Assembly: GCA_016186955.1 (NCBI GenBank)
Contig: JACPKP010000004.1
Span: forward strand, 142,563 to 206,562
Source: Candidatus Daviesbacteria bacterium
Lineage (GTDB): Bacteria; Patescibacteriota; Microgenomatia; Daviesbacterales; UBA10151
Direction of reading: 5' to 3'
Length of the DNA stretch: 64,000 bases
Shown: positions 27,503 through 37,553 of the stretch, in pieces
Layout: each line of letters begins with the position of its first letter
Position numbering within the stretch: position 1 is the first letter of the stretch
The notes under the pieces: model-generated
Databases searched by the model: none
What the model was told of the DNA's origin: nothing
What the model saw: the letters and a program-made list of their open reading frames with translations, nothing else
Position numbers and translations under genes: made by a program

Positions 27503-28312
27503 ATGCAAAAAGGAGTAACTGTTTCGGCGGTTGTACCGGCATACAATGAAGAGAAGGCGGTCGGGAAAATAGTTGACACCCTACTAGCCTGCAGCCTGAA
27601 CCAGGTTGTTTGTATCAATGACGGGTCCACAGACCAAACAGAACAAATCCTTGAAAATTTTGGGCGGCAAATTACCCTGGTAAACCATGAAAGGAACTTG
27701 GGTAAAGGTTTTGCGCTGGCTTCAGGCATAAAAGCTGCCCAAGGTCATGTTGTCATGTTTGTTGACGCAGATTTGCAAAACCTTAAAAAGAAACATATTT
27801 CCCAGCTTTTAGACACTTTTTTAACTAAAAAGTATGAGGTGGTAATTGGGGTGCGGTCTTTTGAAAAAGCAAATTATTACCTCCCCCTAAAATTAAATAT
27901 TTCCGGGGAGAGGGTATATTGGAGAGACTCCCTTTTGCCTTATCTGACCCAGATGAGAAAGATGAACTTTGGAGGGGTAGAAGTTTTCCTGAATTCTTTA
28001 TTTAAAAAAAACCAGGTCAGGAGAATTATTCTTGAAGGGTTGTACAACCCCCCAAAACACCAAAAAAGGGGATTTGAAGCAGGAATAAAGGAGTATCTGC
28101 AGGAGGGGGTTGAAATCGCCCTGGAACTTTCTAAACTTGAGCGCGCCCCTTTAGAGGATTACCTCAGGATTAAAAAAATTATGAAATTAAGGAATATTAA
28201 AGATATCAGGTCCCAGATAAACAGCATCACCAATAAATATGTCAAATCATCGCTTAAACTATACTTTAAAAAATACATGGAGGGGATACAGAAGATACTG
28301 ACTAAGATTTGA
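27503..28312 (+). CDS. Glycosyltransferase family 2
   Basis: VPAYNEE, NDGSTD, DAD. ATG 27503 avoids overlap with the divergent dsbB. Confidence 0.88.
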   Translation: MQKGVTVSAVVPAYNEEKAVGKIVDTLLACSLNQVVCINDGSTDQTEQILENFGRQITLVNHERNLGKGFALASGIKAAQGHVVMFVDADLQNLKKKHISQLLDTFLTKKYEVVIGVRSFEKANYYLPLKLNISGERVYWRDSLLPYLTQMRKMNFGGVEVFLNSLFKKNQVRRIILEGLYNPPKHQKRGFEAGIKEYLQEGVEIALELSKLERAPLEDYLRIKKIMKLRNIKDIRSQINSITNKYVKSSLKLYFKKYMEGIQKILTKI

Positions 28313-28525
28313 CAGGAGACAAAATTTATGTTATTATGTGCTTCTGCCAGAACAACGGGTGCAGCTAAATTGCATTCTGTATCCGGTTTCTGGCAGAAAT
28401 ATTTTTTTGTTTTTAGCCGTCCCCCTTCGGGGGGTGAAGAAAGGAGTGCGCCTGGATCTGATGATTTAGCGCACAAATTTAATAAGCGGCGGGGGCAGTC
28501 CGGTTTTCCGGGCTGCCCATTCTTT
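28309..28525 (+). ncRNA. Putative structured small RNA unit (promoter, long hairpin, terminator)
   Basis: TTGACA-17-TATTAT; hairpin 28342-28398; terminator 28493-28518. Confidence 0.5.
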
Positions 28526-28939
28526 TTACCCTGACGCTTTCGACAGTCCTAAAAACTCCTTATAATCCCTGATATAATCATCGGGATCATAAAGATTGGA
28601 CGCCAAAACCAGTAGAATAGTTTTCTTTTTAAAGTCATGCATTTCATGCCAGACCATTTTGTCTAAAAACAGTCCATGCTCAGGTTTGTCCAAAAAAACT
28701 GTTGCGCGTTTTTTCCCGTCATCAACTATTATTTTAATATCCGAATTCAGGCAGAATAAAACCTGTTGGGTTTTTTTATGTGCATGGAACCCCCTCGGAA
28801 ATTTAGGGTCAGCATCAAATATTGAATAAATCCTGTTTATGGGGAAGGGGATATGGTCAGGGGTTTGGGCAAACACCAGGGAACCGTCGTCTGTAATTTT
28901 TGGCAGGTAGATAAACCGCACCAGTTCATTTTCTCTCAT
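28526..28939 (-). CDS. FdtA/QdtA-like cupin (sugar 3,4-ketoisomerase)
   Basis: RGFHAHKK, WHEM, LLVLAS...YDPDDYIRDY. Confidence 0.9.
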   Translation of the reverse strand: MRENELVRFIYLPKITDDGSLVFAQTPDHIPFPINRIYSIFDADPKFPRGFHAHKKTQQVLFCLNSDIKIIVDDGKKRATVFLDKPEHGLFLDKMVWHEMHDFKKKTILLVLASNLYDPDDYIRDYKEFLGLSKASG

Positions 28940-28980
28940 TTGTCTTTGTAAATATGCCAGTACTGTTGTAAAGTATCTTT

Positions 28981-29541
28981 ATGATAAATTTTTTAAAGAA
29001 TGTAATCAATCAGGCCACCGGTTTAGATTCTACATCAATTATCATAGCAGTTGGAGCAGCTACTTTTTTCTTCGGGTTTGGCGCAGGCGCGCTTTATAAT
29101 TATTACCTGATTTTGACAAACTCACCAATAGTTTCAACACTAAGAACCTCTTTAACCTTCAAATCAGCAATTTTCGGGGATGGGATAATTTTACCAATCA
29201 TTAACATGACGGCAGCATATTTCCTGATCAAAAACCGGAAATACCGGACAAAAACCATTTTAGTTTACTCATTTATATCAGGATTTGTTGTTTTAGCCTA
29301 TTTTCACATCACCCAGGCTGTCAAGGGTTTGGTCAACTGGGCGATGCCCTCACCCTGGCATTGGAACCTGTTAGGGCTTTGGCATGCAATATATATGTAC
29401 TCTGTTGCGAGTTTCATCTCCTATTTTTACTTTACCAGCATAAAGTCAGCAATAAAGGAAAAAAAAATTCCGCTTCAGCTGATACTTGTCACAATTGGAA
29501 TGATAACATTTTTTATACTACTTGATTTAGATTACCGCTGA
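28981..29541 (+). CDS. Hypothetical membrane protein
   Basis: About five hydrophobic segments. Confidence 0.72.
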   Translation: MINFLKNVINQATGLDSTSIIIAVGAATFFFGFGAGALYNYYLILTNSPIVSTLRTSLTFKSAIFGDGIILPIINMTAAYFLIKNRKYRTKTILVYSFISGFVVLAYFHITQAVKGLVNWAMPSPWHWNLLGLWHAIYMYSVASFISYFYFTSIKSAIKEKKIPLQLILVTIGMITFFILLDLDYR

Positions 29542-29559
29542 TTGATCCTTACTGGCACT

Positions 29560-29616
29560 CACCTGGAAGGAGTCCATTCGGCCACCTTCCAGGTGGGCCC
29601 TGACTCCTGGAAGGTG
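29560..29616. repeat. Cluster of three 13-bp CACCTGGAAGGTG-type units in alternating orientation
   Basis: At 29560, 29583 and 29604; a related CACCTGGAGGGTG lies in the 78-bp repeat. Confidence 0.7.
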
Positions 29617-29767
29617 GTGTCATATGTGATAGGTTGACATGAACCCCATAGTCATACTATAATCCCAACTTAGTGTCTGGAAAGTGACAAGGTCATAAGA
29701 TTGCTTGGCTTTTGTTGTTTTTCCAGCAATAGGCAGGGCATATTCAGTTGTGGAAAAGGAGGTTGTC

Positions 29768-29968
29768 GTGGCAAAGCGGAAGCGACAGCTGGTTGAGGCG
29801 GAGCTCAGGAAAGCTGACCTCCAGATCTCAGCCCAGTCCGGGTATCATTATGAAACCGGCCTGGGATACGGATCCCCGCTCGAAGAGTGGGATGAATCCT
29901 CATACTATGAGGAGGGCGAGGAACCAAACTGGGGCAGAGCCCTGTCCCAGTTGCAACGCAACAACTGA
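29768..29968 (+). CDS. Small hypothetical protein (66 aa) with long hairpin leader
   Basis: SD AAGGAGG then GTG; promoter 29634-29663; terminator 29978-29999. Confidence 0.65.
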   Translation: MAKRKRQLVEAELRKADLQISAQSGYHYETGLGYGSPLEEWDESSYYEEGEEPNWGRALSQLQRNN

Positions 29969-30001
29969 ATATGCCAGAAGGCGGCCTCCGGGCCGCCTTT
30001 C

Positions 30002-30592
30002 CTATTCTATAAGTTCACCAAAGACCAAAAGCCTTTTTAGGCTGGTGCCGGGTGGAGTACAGGTCATCAGAGTAAGAATTTTTTCATCTGTGTTGCTTTT
30101 TAGGTACTGCACATCATTAGGATTAACTATTTTTTTGCCATTGACAACATATTCATATTTTTCCCCTTTAAAGTAGATAAAAACTTTATCCCCATAATTT
30201 AACTTATCCAGTAGATAAAATATTGAGTTGTACCTTTGTGCTTCATAAAAATTTACTGAGGAGTGTGAGAATAAAAACATATTTCCTGGTTGGCCGGGAT
30301 AGGCTGTACCTTTAGCATGGGCTATGCCCTTTGCCAGCACCTGTTGGTATTCCCACTCCTTCCATGGGTCAACATTGGCGATTATGCGTGAATTAGCCCC
30401 TATTTTGGGCACCACAATGCCAAATTGCCGGTCTATAGGTTTAACCTCCTTCTTAGACTGTTTAACTAAGGCGCTTGTTTGGTAACCAAGCTCAGCTAAA
30501 AGCATGGGGTAAAAGGTAAGCCCGACAATAGAAAATGAGAAAAAAATCAGAATAATACCTAATGATGTTAAAAACCCGGGATATTTAAACAC
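30002..30592 (-). CDS. Sortase
   Basis: FSHS, TLMTCTPPG...R catalytic H/C/R; N-terminal TM. Confidence 0.9.
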   Translation of the reverse strand: MFKYPGFLTSLGIILIFFSFSIVGLTFYPMLLAELGYQTSALVKQSKKEVKPIDRQFGIVVPKIGANSRIIANVDPWKEWEYQQVLAKGIAHAKGTAYPGQPGNMFLFSHSSVNFYEAQRYNSIFYLLDKLNYGDKVFIYFKGEKYEYVVNGKKIVNPNDVQYLKSNTDEKILTLMTCTPPGTSLKRLLVFGELIE

Positions 30593-30596
30593 AATT

Positions 30597-31163
30597 TTAG
30601 ATGCGTTTTTTTGACCTTAACCCTTTGAAAAGTATTACCAAACCGGAAACCAGTGAAGCCAAAGCAATAATCAACCAAATAGATTCTGCACCTGTTTTTG
30701 GCAGGCTGATTGATGCCCCCAAAATCTCTCCTCCAGTACCTCCGCCACTGCAGCTGTAATTGCTGTTTTTGGCCAGATATGGAGCATTTTGCAGCCCCCA
30801 AAGACTTCCGTCAGGTATCAGAACCCAATTGTCTTTTTTTAAAACTTCAATTTGACCCTGGGTTAAGGATGAAGCTTTCCACCAGTTTGTCTGAATACCT
30901 GCTCCGTCTATAGAACAAAAACATTGCTGCAGTGTATTGTCTGAAAGTGTATAGACCTTGTCAGACCCTTTAAATTCAGTGCTATTTCCCGCTATACCAT
31001 GGGTTCCGCCGGGGTAGTCTGCTTTTATTGTTCCCTCCGGATTTGAACATGAAGGGAAATGAGGGGTATCAACAGCTTTTACCTGCATTGGGGTAGCGGT
31101 AAATAAAATTAATGAAACTGATAGTGATACCAAAAGTAACTTTGATAAATTCAAATTTATCAT
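30597..31163 (-). CDS. Secreted LPXTG-anchored protein
   Basis: Signal peptide; LPKTG, hydrophobic segment, RSKKRI tail. Confidence 0.82.
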   Translation of the reverse strand: MINLNLSKLLLVSLSVSLILFTATPMQVKAVDTPHFPSCSNPEGTIKADYPGGTHGIAGNSTEFKGSDKVYTLSDNTLQQCFCSIDGAGIQTNWWKASSLTQGQIEVLKKDNWVLIPDGSLWGLQNAPYLAKNSNYSCSGGGTGGEILGASISLPKTGAESIWLIIALASLVSGLVILFKGLRSKKRI

Positions 31164-31205
31164 ATCGCGCGGATTATAGCAGGCCTATAATGAAATTGCA
31201 AGGGG

Positions 31206-32192
31206 TTAAATGAATTTTCTGAAAGTGTAAAAGGATGTAATTGTTTTAACAGCTTTTCTGGGGTTTCCATTTTTATTCCAAAGCTGGGTTGAACCACCTA
31301 CACTAACCCAATAGTTTATTCCGATAACATTAGGATTGTTTTTAAGATTTTCGAGAACGCTTGAAATCCAATCTGATTGTTGTTCTTCATTCATCCGGCC
31401 GTTAATATCAGGTATTGGTACACCAAACTCACCCAAAACTACTTTTCCTCCGCTTGCCACTGCAATTTTATTGATATCGGAAATCAGTTTTTCCGGTTTG
31501 CCAACATAATGGTCGATCACTACAATTCCGCCCAATGATTTAGTTGTATCTTTATCCATAACTAAAGTTGCTACATCATAATTCATGGAATAAAAACCGC
31601 TGTTTAAATCCTTACCGATTTTTTTAAATGATTTTTGGGAGATTTGATATTCATCAATCAAAAATTTTCTATAATCCTCAACACCACCTGTTTGTCTGGG
31701 ATCACCCGAACCGCCATTTTCGCACTCAGGACAGGGAGTAAAAATATCGCCGTTTTCGAAAAAGTAAGGATTTTTTAATATAAAATCTTCTGTTTTTTTT
31801 AGATGGGTATTTCTGTCAATTTTATCATAGCCAAACCATTTTTCCCAACCGGAAAAATTCCCTCTGAACCAAACTTTGAGTTTATATTTTCTGGCAGCCT
31901 GAACCCACCTTTTTAGCATAGGGTTGAATTCATCGTCATACGGGGTTGAGATGGCGATATGGCTGGCGCCGGTTTTAGCAATATCTCCAACCTGGGTATT
32001 AATAGTCAGGTCAAAGCTCTCATCAGCTAACTTCTCCCGGCTTAAATCCCTGGAGTATTTAACAGTATCTATTGAGCGAAACTGCCAGTAGGGAACTGCA
32101 GCGGTTTTCGGTCCTGTCCCCGGAGCAATCGCCTTATAAAAGAAAAGCAGTCCTACCAGTATCATTAATATTCCCAGCAAAGTTTTATTCAT
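31206..32192 (-). CDS. Putative exported glycoside hydrolase (TIM-barrel, clan GH-A-like)
   Basis: N-terminal TM; PECE and LGEFG glutamates; operon context. Confidence 0.55.
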   Translation of the reverse strand: MNKTLLGILMILVGLLFFYKAIAPGTGPKTAAVPYWQFRSIDTVKYSRDLSREKLADESFDLTINTQVGDIAKTGASHIAISTPYDDEFNPMLKRWVQAARKYKLKVWFRGNFSGWEKWFGYDKIDRNTHLKKTEDFILKNPYFFENGDIFTPCPECENGGSGDPRQTGGVEDYRKFLIDEYQISQKSFKKIGKDLNSGFYSMNYDVATLVMDKDTTKSLGGIVVIDHYVGKPEKLISDINKIAVASGGKVVLGEFGVPIPDINGRMNEEQQSDWISSVLENLKNNPNVIGINYWVSVGGSTQLWNKNGNPRKAVKTITSFYTFRKFI

Positions 32193-33817
32193 TATTTTTG
32201 TTTTCCCAAAATTGGCCTGGTAATAAGATTGCTTACATATTGTTCCTGCAGCTTGTATACGTCCGCAAACGGATACTTAGCTACAAGATCATAATGATCA
32301 AGCTCCTTGGTTTTGCTGACTGCTTTATAAACCATATCTTTGTCATCGTAGGTACGCATCACAATCCATCTGGCCCAATGGGAAGGATTTGTAGTGGCAA
32401 GATCCCAATAAGCGCCCGTTCCTTCATGAATAAACTTGCTCATAGGTAATCCTGAGGAAAAGACGATCGCGTCATGAGATGCAACAGATATCAAAACGAA
32501 CCCATCTTTATCTTTGGCATTTTGGTTCAACCATCCGCTAACCTCGGAAACATTTTTTTGGCTTGATCCGACTCTGGCATCATCTATGGTCACCGCATCC
32601 AAACTGTTAAATTGAAAAAATGTTACAAATAATAAAAGACCGATCAATACAAGCCTTAAGTCTTTTAATCTGTCAATTAAAAATCCTACGAATATTGCAG
32701 CAGGCACAACCATCAGCGCTCCGTAACGCACATTAAACCAGGTTTCCCCTGAAATTCCCTGAATAAATAAAACAGAATGGCCAAAATACAGGGCAGCAAT
32801 ATTAAAAATTAGTGGAGTAGTTAACATTGAAGCTGCAATCTTTACGTTTAAGGCAATTTTTTTATCGATCCATAAAATTACCGCGCCAATCAAACCCAAA
32901 ACAGCAATAAAAGCGCCTACGTTATATACTAATGCATACAAATAGGCGCTTGCAGAATAAAGGATGTTTCCTTTGGTAACCAGATTTCCTGCCTGTTCCA
33001 ACTGAGCTTGCTGAACGCGCGCAGAGTAAGGACCATACGCAAAATATAGCGCATCTTTAAAAATCAGTTGGTTCCATAAAAACCATAGGAGTATCCCAAA
33101 CCCCGCCAGGGTTGCAAACAATATCATCAATCCTTCCGCTTTCTGGTATTTTTCTTTTAGGTTTTGGGTAATTTTACCTTGACTCTTTATAAAAATATTT
33201 ACCATAACCGCCGAGGCGATCAATAAAAATAGAAACCATCCGTCATAACGGGTAAGACTTGCCATCATCACCCAAAAAGCGGATTTGATTAAATCAATAA
33301 TTTTTTCCTCTTTTTCCCAAACGATAAAGCTGTAAATTGCCGCAGTGGTTGTGGCGATCAAAAGAGGTTCTGTCATTGCAGTAGACTGGAGATAAAGCAT
33401 GTTTAGGTTGGATGCAAACAGCCCTACTGCCACTAGCCTTCCCAATATCCCAATACCCAGTTTTTTTAAAATAAGATAGATAAAAATTCCTGTTGCCACA
33501 AAAGAAACCATTGAAGTTAAAGCTCCGGCTAAACCTGAGTGCCATAAAAAATCATTCCAGACAAAGGGGATCATTAAAACATGGGGGAGGGGAAGCCAGA
33601 CACTTCCAAGCTGAGCGATACCGGGCTTTAACCCTTCAACCACCCTCCTGCCAATATCCAAATGAGAACGCGCATCATTGTACGAAAGCCCCAAGCCGTT
33701 AATATAAAAATATGTAAAACTAACCAAGGCTATTAATGATAGAAGGATAGGTAAACCCAACATGGGGTCTTTAAAAATTATTCTAATTACATTCAGTTTA
33801 ATAATTGTATTTTTCAT
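32192..33817 (-). CDS. GT-C fold membrane glycosyltransferase (PMT-like)
   Basis: YNDARSH, WLPLPH, MTEP, TRYDGW; polytopic. Confidence 0.72.
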   Translation of the reverse strand: MKNTIIKLNVIRIIFKDPMLGLPILLSLIALVSFTYFYINGLGLSYNDARSHLDIGRRVVEGLKPGIAQLGSVWLPLPHVLMIPFVWNDFLWHSGLAGALTSMVSFVATGIFIYLILKKLGIGILGRLVAVGLFASNLNMLYLQSTAMTEPLLIATTTAAIYSFIVWEKEEKIIDLIKSAFWVMMASLTRYDGWFLFLLIASAVMVNIFIKSQGKITQNLKEKYQKAEGLMILFATLAGFGILLWFLWNQLIFKDALYFAYGPYSARVQQAQLEQAGNLVTKGNILYSASAYLYALVYNVGAFIAVLGLIGAVILWIDKKIALNVKIAASMLTTPLIFNIAALYFGHSVLFIQGISGETWFNVRYGALMVVPAAIFVGFLIDRLKDLRLVLIGLLLFVTFFQFNSLDAVTIDDARVGSSQKNVSEVSGWLNQNAKDKDGFVLISVASHDAIVFSSGLPMSKFIHEGTGAYWDLATTNPSHWARWIVMRTYDDKDMVYKAVSKTKELDHYDLVAKYPFADVYKLQEQYVSNLITRPILGKQK

Positions 33818-33824
33818 AATAATT

Positions 33825-35345
33825 TTATTGCCTGTTTTTAGAAATTGAAAAGACTATCAGAGAGGCTATAACAAAACAACTTGAGACGCCTGTGACGATG
33901 GCAAGAAATACCGTACTAGTTATTTTATCGAATAGGTATACATTATATATAAGCGAACCGGAGAAATTTTTTTGGATTAATTCAAGATTGTATCTGAAAT
34001 CTGAATGAATTGGGGTGAGTAAGTGGACTGCTTGAATAGCCGGCGGGATATGTACGGTTGTAACAGCGCTCAAGGTATTAACAAAAATTCCATATAGTGC
34101 AACCAAGCATAATAAAATCAAAAAAAATATATTTTTTTTAAGTCTATCCAATAGAATACCCAACCCAGAACAAAGCAAGGCAAATGATGGAATCAAATAT
34201 CTTGGTCCAAAAGCCCAACCGCCCCAAGGATCGTTAAACATAGAATACAATAAAACGTTTATCCCTATCATAGTTAGCATCAAAGACGCTAAACTACTGT
34301 CTTTTTTGCTCCGAATTATCCAAAACAAGCTTATAAAACCGATTAATACAACCGGACTATAATAAATTAGCCCACGGTCTCTGCTAAAAAGTAAAACGCC
34401 TAATCCATTGAGTTGTCTGCGTGATTCGAATTGATGAAAATCCTTAGACCTTGTGACTGTTTCATTTTCAATTTTGTGGGATTGGCTTAGTTGAGGATCC
34501 TCAGGAAAGATTGCTCTACCCTGAGTCTGTGCAAGTTTAAAATAGTTACCGGTTACCTGATAATTATACCAAAGAAATAACCCTGTAATGGGTACTAGAC
34601 CTATAAATATACCAAGCATACTTATACGCTTGAGTGACTGCTTTAATTGAAAAAATACCTCACTTTTTTCTATAAAAATATTTTTGTAAATTACAACAAT
34701 TAATATTGGGATAGACAGTATAATATTAGGAATATCAACTATCGCAGCAGCGCTCAATAAAAACCCAAAAATTATATTACTTAAAATCCCCCTTTTTTGT
34801 AATGTGTTAAGCAGCATTAAAATAATCAGAGTGACGCTAACCTGATGCTGTGTAAAAGTAACCGCATACGGGTATGCATTTGTAGCAAATAAAAATAAAA
34901 ACCCACTGAGTATGCTGGAATAAAAACCCGCCCCTAATTTTGAAGCTAATTTTGCAACCAGAAAGATATTCAAAAGAGATAATAATGTTATAGAAAGGTA
35001 AGTTGTTAATTGCTGGAGATTGAATATAGAGCCTAAATAATAAAAAGGCACTCCGATCAACGAAACACCGGGTGTAAAAATTGATAGATATTTACCATTA
35101 ATCTTGGAAATATCAGGCGATGAAAAAGCAGCCAAAGATTCATTAAGAAATAAACTATTGGATTTGACAATCGACTCAGTTAGGGCAAACCTCGAGGAAC
35201 TATTTGTACCTTCAAAAGGGCTGCCTATACCGGTATCCCTGTTTGTTTGAAAGTAAATTGGGATACCCGAACGTCCCCTGACCGCAAAACCTAATAAAAA
35301 TAAACTTATTATTAAGGTGGTTACCAGAAAAAAAGCATTTTTCAT
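33825..35345 (-). CDS. Polytopic membrane protein, probable GT-C
   Basis: RGLIYYSP and GGWAFGPRYLIP motifs. Confidence 0.65.
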   Translation of the reverse strand: MKNAFFLVTTLIISLFLLGFAVRGRSGIPIYFQTNRDTGIGSPFEGTNSSSRFALTESIVKSNSLFLNESLAAFSSPDISKINGKYLSIFTPGVSLIGVPFYYLGSIFNLQQLTTYLSITLLSLLNIFLVAKLASKLGAGFYSSILSGFLFLFATNAYPYAVTFTQHQVSVTLIILMLLNTLQKRGILSNIIFGFLLSAAAIVDIPNIILSIPILIVVIYKNIFIEKSEVFFQLKQSLKRISMLGIFIGLVPITGLFLWYNYQVTGNYFKLAQTQGRAIFPEDPQLSQSHKIENETVTRSKDFHQFESRRQLNGLGVLLFSRDRGLIYYSPVVLIGFISLFWIIRSKKDSSLASLMLTMIGINVLLYSMFNDPWGGWAFGPRYLIPSFALLCSGLGILLDRLKKNIFFLILLCLVALYGIFVNTLSAVTTVHIPPAIQAVHLLTPIHSDFRYNLELIQKNFSGSLIYNVYLFDKITSTVFLAIVTGVSSCFVIASLIVFSISKNRQ

Positions 35346-35348
35346 ATT

Positions 35349-36581
35349 TTAAATTTGCGGTTGGTTCATTCCAAAAAAAGCATCTTTTAACTTATCCATT
35401 GATTTTTTGAATTCGAAATTAGATATATATAATTCTCTATTGTTTACGCCAAATCTCTCTCTAATGCTTCGGTTTAGAATCAGGGTCGCTATTTTTTTAG
35501 CCAGTTGGGCAGGATTTCCAGAAGCAACTACAAATCCGCCGAAATGATATTTTTCAAGCTCTCGGCTTGTATTATTTTCAGCTATTACCATCGGCAGACC
35601 GGATGCCATCGCCTCAAAATACATAGCCGGCATAGTTTCTGAAATTGAGCCAGACACAAAGATATCTGCTTTATTATAAAATTTATTAATCAGCTCCCTT
35701 TTAATATATCCTTTAAAAACAACATATTTATTTAGTTTCAATCTGGTTGTTAAATTTAATAAATGCTCTTTTTGCGGACCATCTCCCACTATTACCAGTA
35801 TTAAATTTGTAATTTTCATTTTATGCACAAGAATATTTAAAGCAAAAATCAGATCTTCTGTTCTTTTTCTTTCAACTAAATAACTTACATTAAGCAGGAC
35901 AATATCTTTTGTTGTTTTTCTTGCCCTTTTTTTGTATGAAACCACCTGTGTAGCGTTATTTCCAACAGGTAAAATCATTGTATTATAAAGACCTTTATTT
36001 TTTAGTATTAATTTGCTTGCTTCATCCTTGGCTATAACTAAAGCTGCTTTTTTTAATGTTAGGTTAGATATGTAAATAAAAGCTTTAGATAAAAAATATG
36101 TTTTACTGTCAAAAAATTTAAGCAACGCAAGGGTCTTACTTGAACTTACATTTATTTTCTTACCCATAGATCTGGTTTCATCCTCTCCCAAAAAAGTATG
36201 CGGAGTTACAATTGGACCGATAACAAAAGGTATTTTTTTTGAAAATACTAACCCCGCAAGGTTGAATGTTTCGTTTAATGCAAACGGACCGTTATGCCAC
36301 ATAATGTCATACCTGTTCTGCTTAATTAATATCATTGATTTCAGAAAAACCCAGAAAATAAATTTCAAGCGTGTTAAATTAGATATATATTCAGGTTTTT
36401 TTTGAAAAAAACTAATGATACTTAGACGCCCCATTTTCTTTTTCTCACAAAACCCAACTAAAACATCCCCGTAAATATCCTCTTGTTTACTTAAATACTC
36501 AAGATAATCAAATGCCCTTGAATATTCACTGCCGTCATTTTTATCCGCTATATAGTGCAACGGCGCTATCAATAAATTCAT
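35349..36581 (-). CDS. Glycosyltransferase family 4
   Basis: VGDGP; ETMPAMYFEAMASGLP. Confidence 0.85.
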   Translation of the reverse strand: MNLLIAPLHYIADKNDGSEYSRAFDYLEYLSKQEDIYGDVLVGFCEKKKMGRLSIISFFQKKPEYISNLTRLKFIFWVFLKSMILIKQNRYDIMWHNGPFALNETFNLAGLVFSKKIPFVIGPIVTPHTFLGEDETRSMGKKINVSSSKTLALLKFFDSKTYFLSKAFIYISNLTLKKAALVIAKDEASKLILKNKGLYNTMILPVGNNATQVVSYKKRARKTTKDIVLLNVSYLVERKRTEDLIFALNILVHKMKITNLILVIVGDGPQKEHLLNLTTRLKLNKYVVFKGYIKRELINKFYNKADIFVSGSISETMPAMYFEAMASGLPMVIAENNTSRELEKYHFGGFVVASGNPAQLAKKIATLILNRSIRERFGVNNRELYISNFEFKKSMDKLKDAFFGMNQPQI

Positions 36582-36600
36582 ATAAATACCTTTCTTGATG

Positions 36601-37551
36601 TTAATGAACCTTTTTTTGTATTAAAAAGTCTAAATAATCGTTTTGCTTCCCTTTATCGTAATAATGAGATAAATTTAGAGAGATATATAAAGCTAGTGGC
36701 TGATTAAACTCTTTCGTTATTTTTTGAATCCGGCTATAAACATCCCGGGAATCGGTTTTAATCAATTTTTGCGTAAAATCATAATCTTTAAGAGTTAGCA
36801 CCATATATTCACAATCTATAATTGTAGCAGAGCTTTTACTAACCAGAATATTTTCGGCAGATAAATCCCTATGCGCTAAATATAAGGATTTTTGGTTTGA
36901 TAAAACAAAACCCTTGAGTATTAAAAGCGCTGATTTAATTATTGTCCAGGAATATTTCGGGTTAGATATAACGCCAAGAAATATTAAAAAAGGCAAGGAG
37001 AGAACCATAAAAGATAAACTTCTGGTTGGAAAACCATTCAGTTGTAATGGTTTTGAAACCTTTTCAAAGGCTTCAAGTATCCCTTTAATATAAGTTACCT
37101 GAAAGGGGATAGAGAAGCATTTTAACTGTTTTCCCGGGATATATTTGAAAACAACTGATAATAACCTCTTCTCTTCAATTATTTCTAAAACCTCAGTAAC
37201 TTCAAGTTTTTTACCACAAATTTTAATTGCAGTTTTGGAAAATTCTTTAGACAGCAATTTACTGGAAATAATTTCATTGAGTAAAGAATAATAATGAAAA
37301 TCCCTAAAGTGGCCCTGCCAGGTTTTTATAAATTTTTTATTACCTTGATTGTCCGAGTAAATGCCTACATAAAAATTACTGAAGCCATTTGATTTTTTTA
37401 TTGTTCTTATCAGTCTATACTTACCGATATTCGTCAGTTCAAGGTTATACTTATTAAATAACTTATTGATACCAAAAAAAGAAATTATCATACCCACCAG
37501 TAAGTTTAGGGTTGATGCTTTTTTGTAATCAGTTATGCTCTTACTTTTCAT
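36601..37551 (-). CDS. Kinase-like (APH/protein-kinase fold) protein
   Basis: HRDLSAENIL...IIDCE. Confidence 0.7.
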   Translation of the reverse strand: MKSKSITDYKKASTLNLLVGMIISFFGINKLFNKYNLELTNIGKYRLIRTIKKSNGFSNFYVGIYSDNQGNKKFIKTWQGHFRDFHYYSLLNEIISSKLLSKEFSKTAIKICGKKLEVTEVLEIIEEKRLLSVVFKYIPGKQLKCFSIPFQVTYIKGILEAFEKVSKPLQLNGFPTRSLSFMVLSLPFLIFLGVISNPKYSWTIIKSALLILKGFVLSNQKSLYLAHRDLSAENILVSKSSATIIDCEYMVLTLKDYDFTQKLIKTDSRDVYSRIQKITKEFNQPLALYISLNLSHYYDKGKQNDYLDFLIQKKVH

Positions 37552-37553
37552 AT

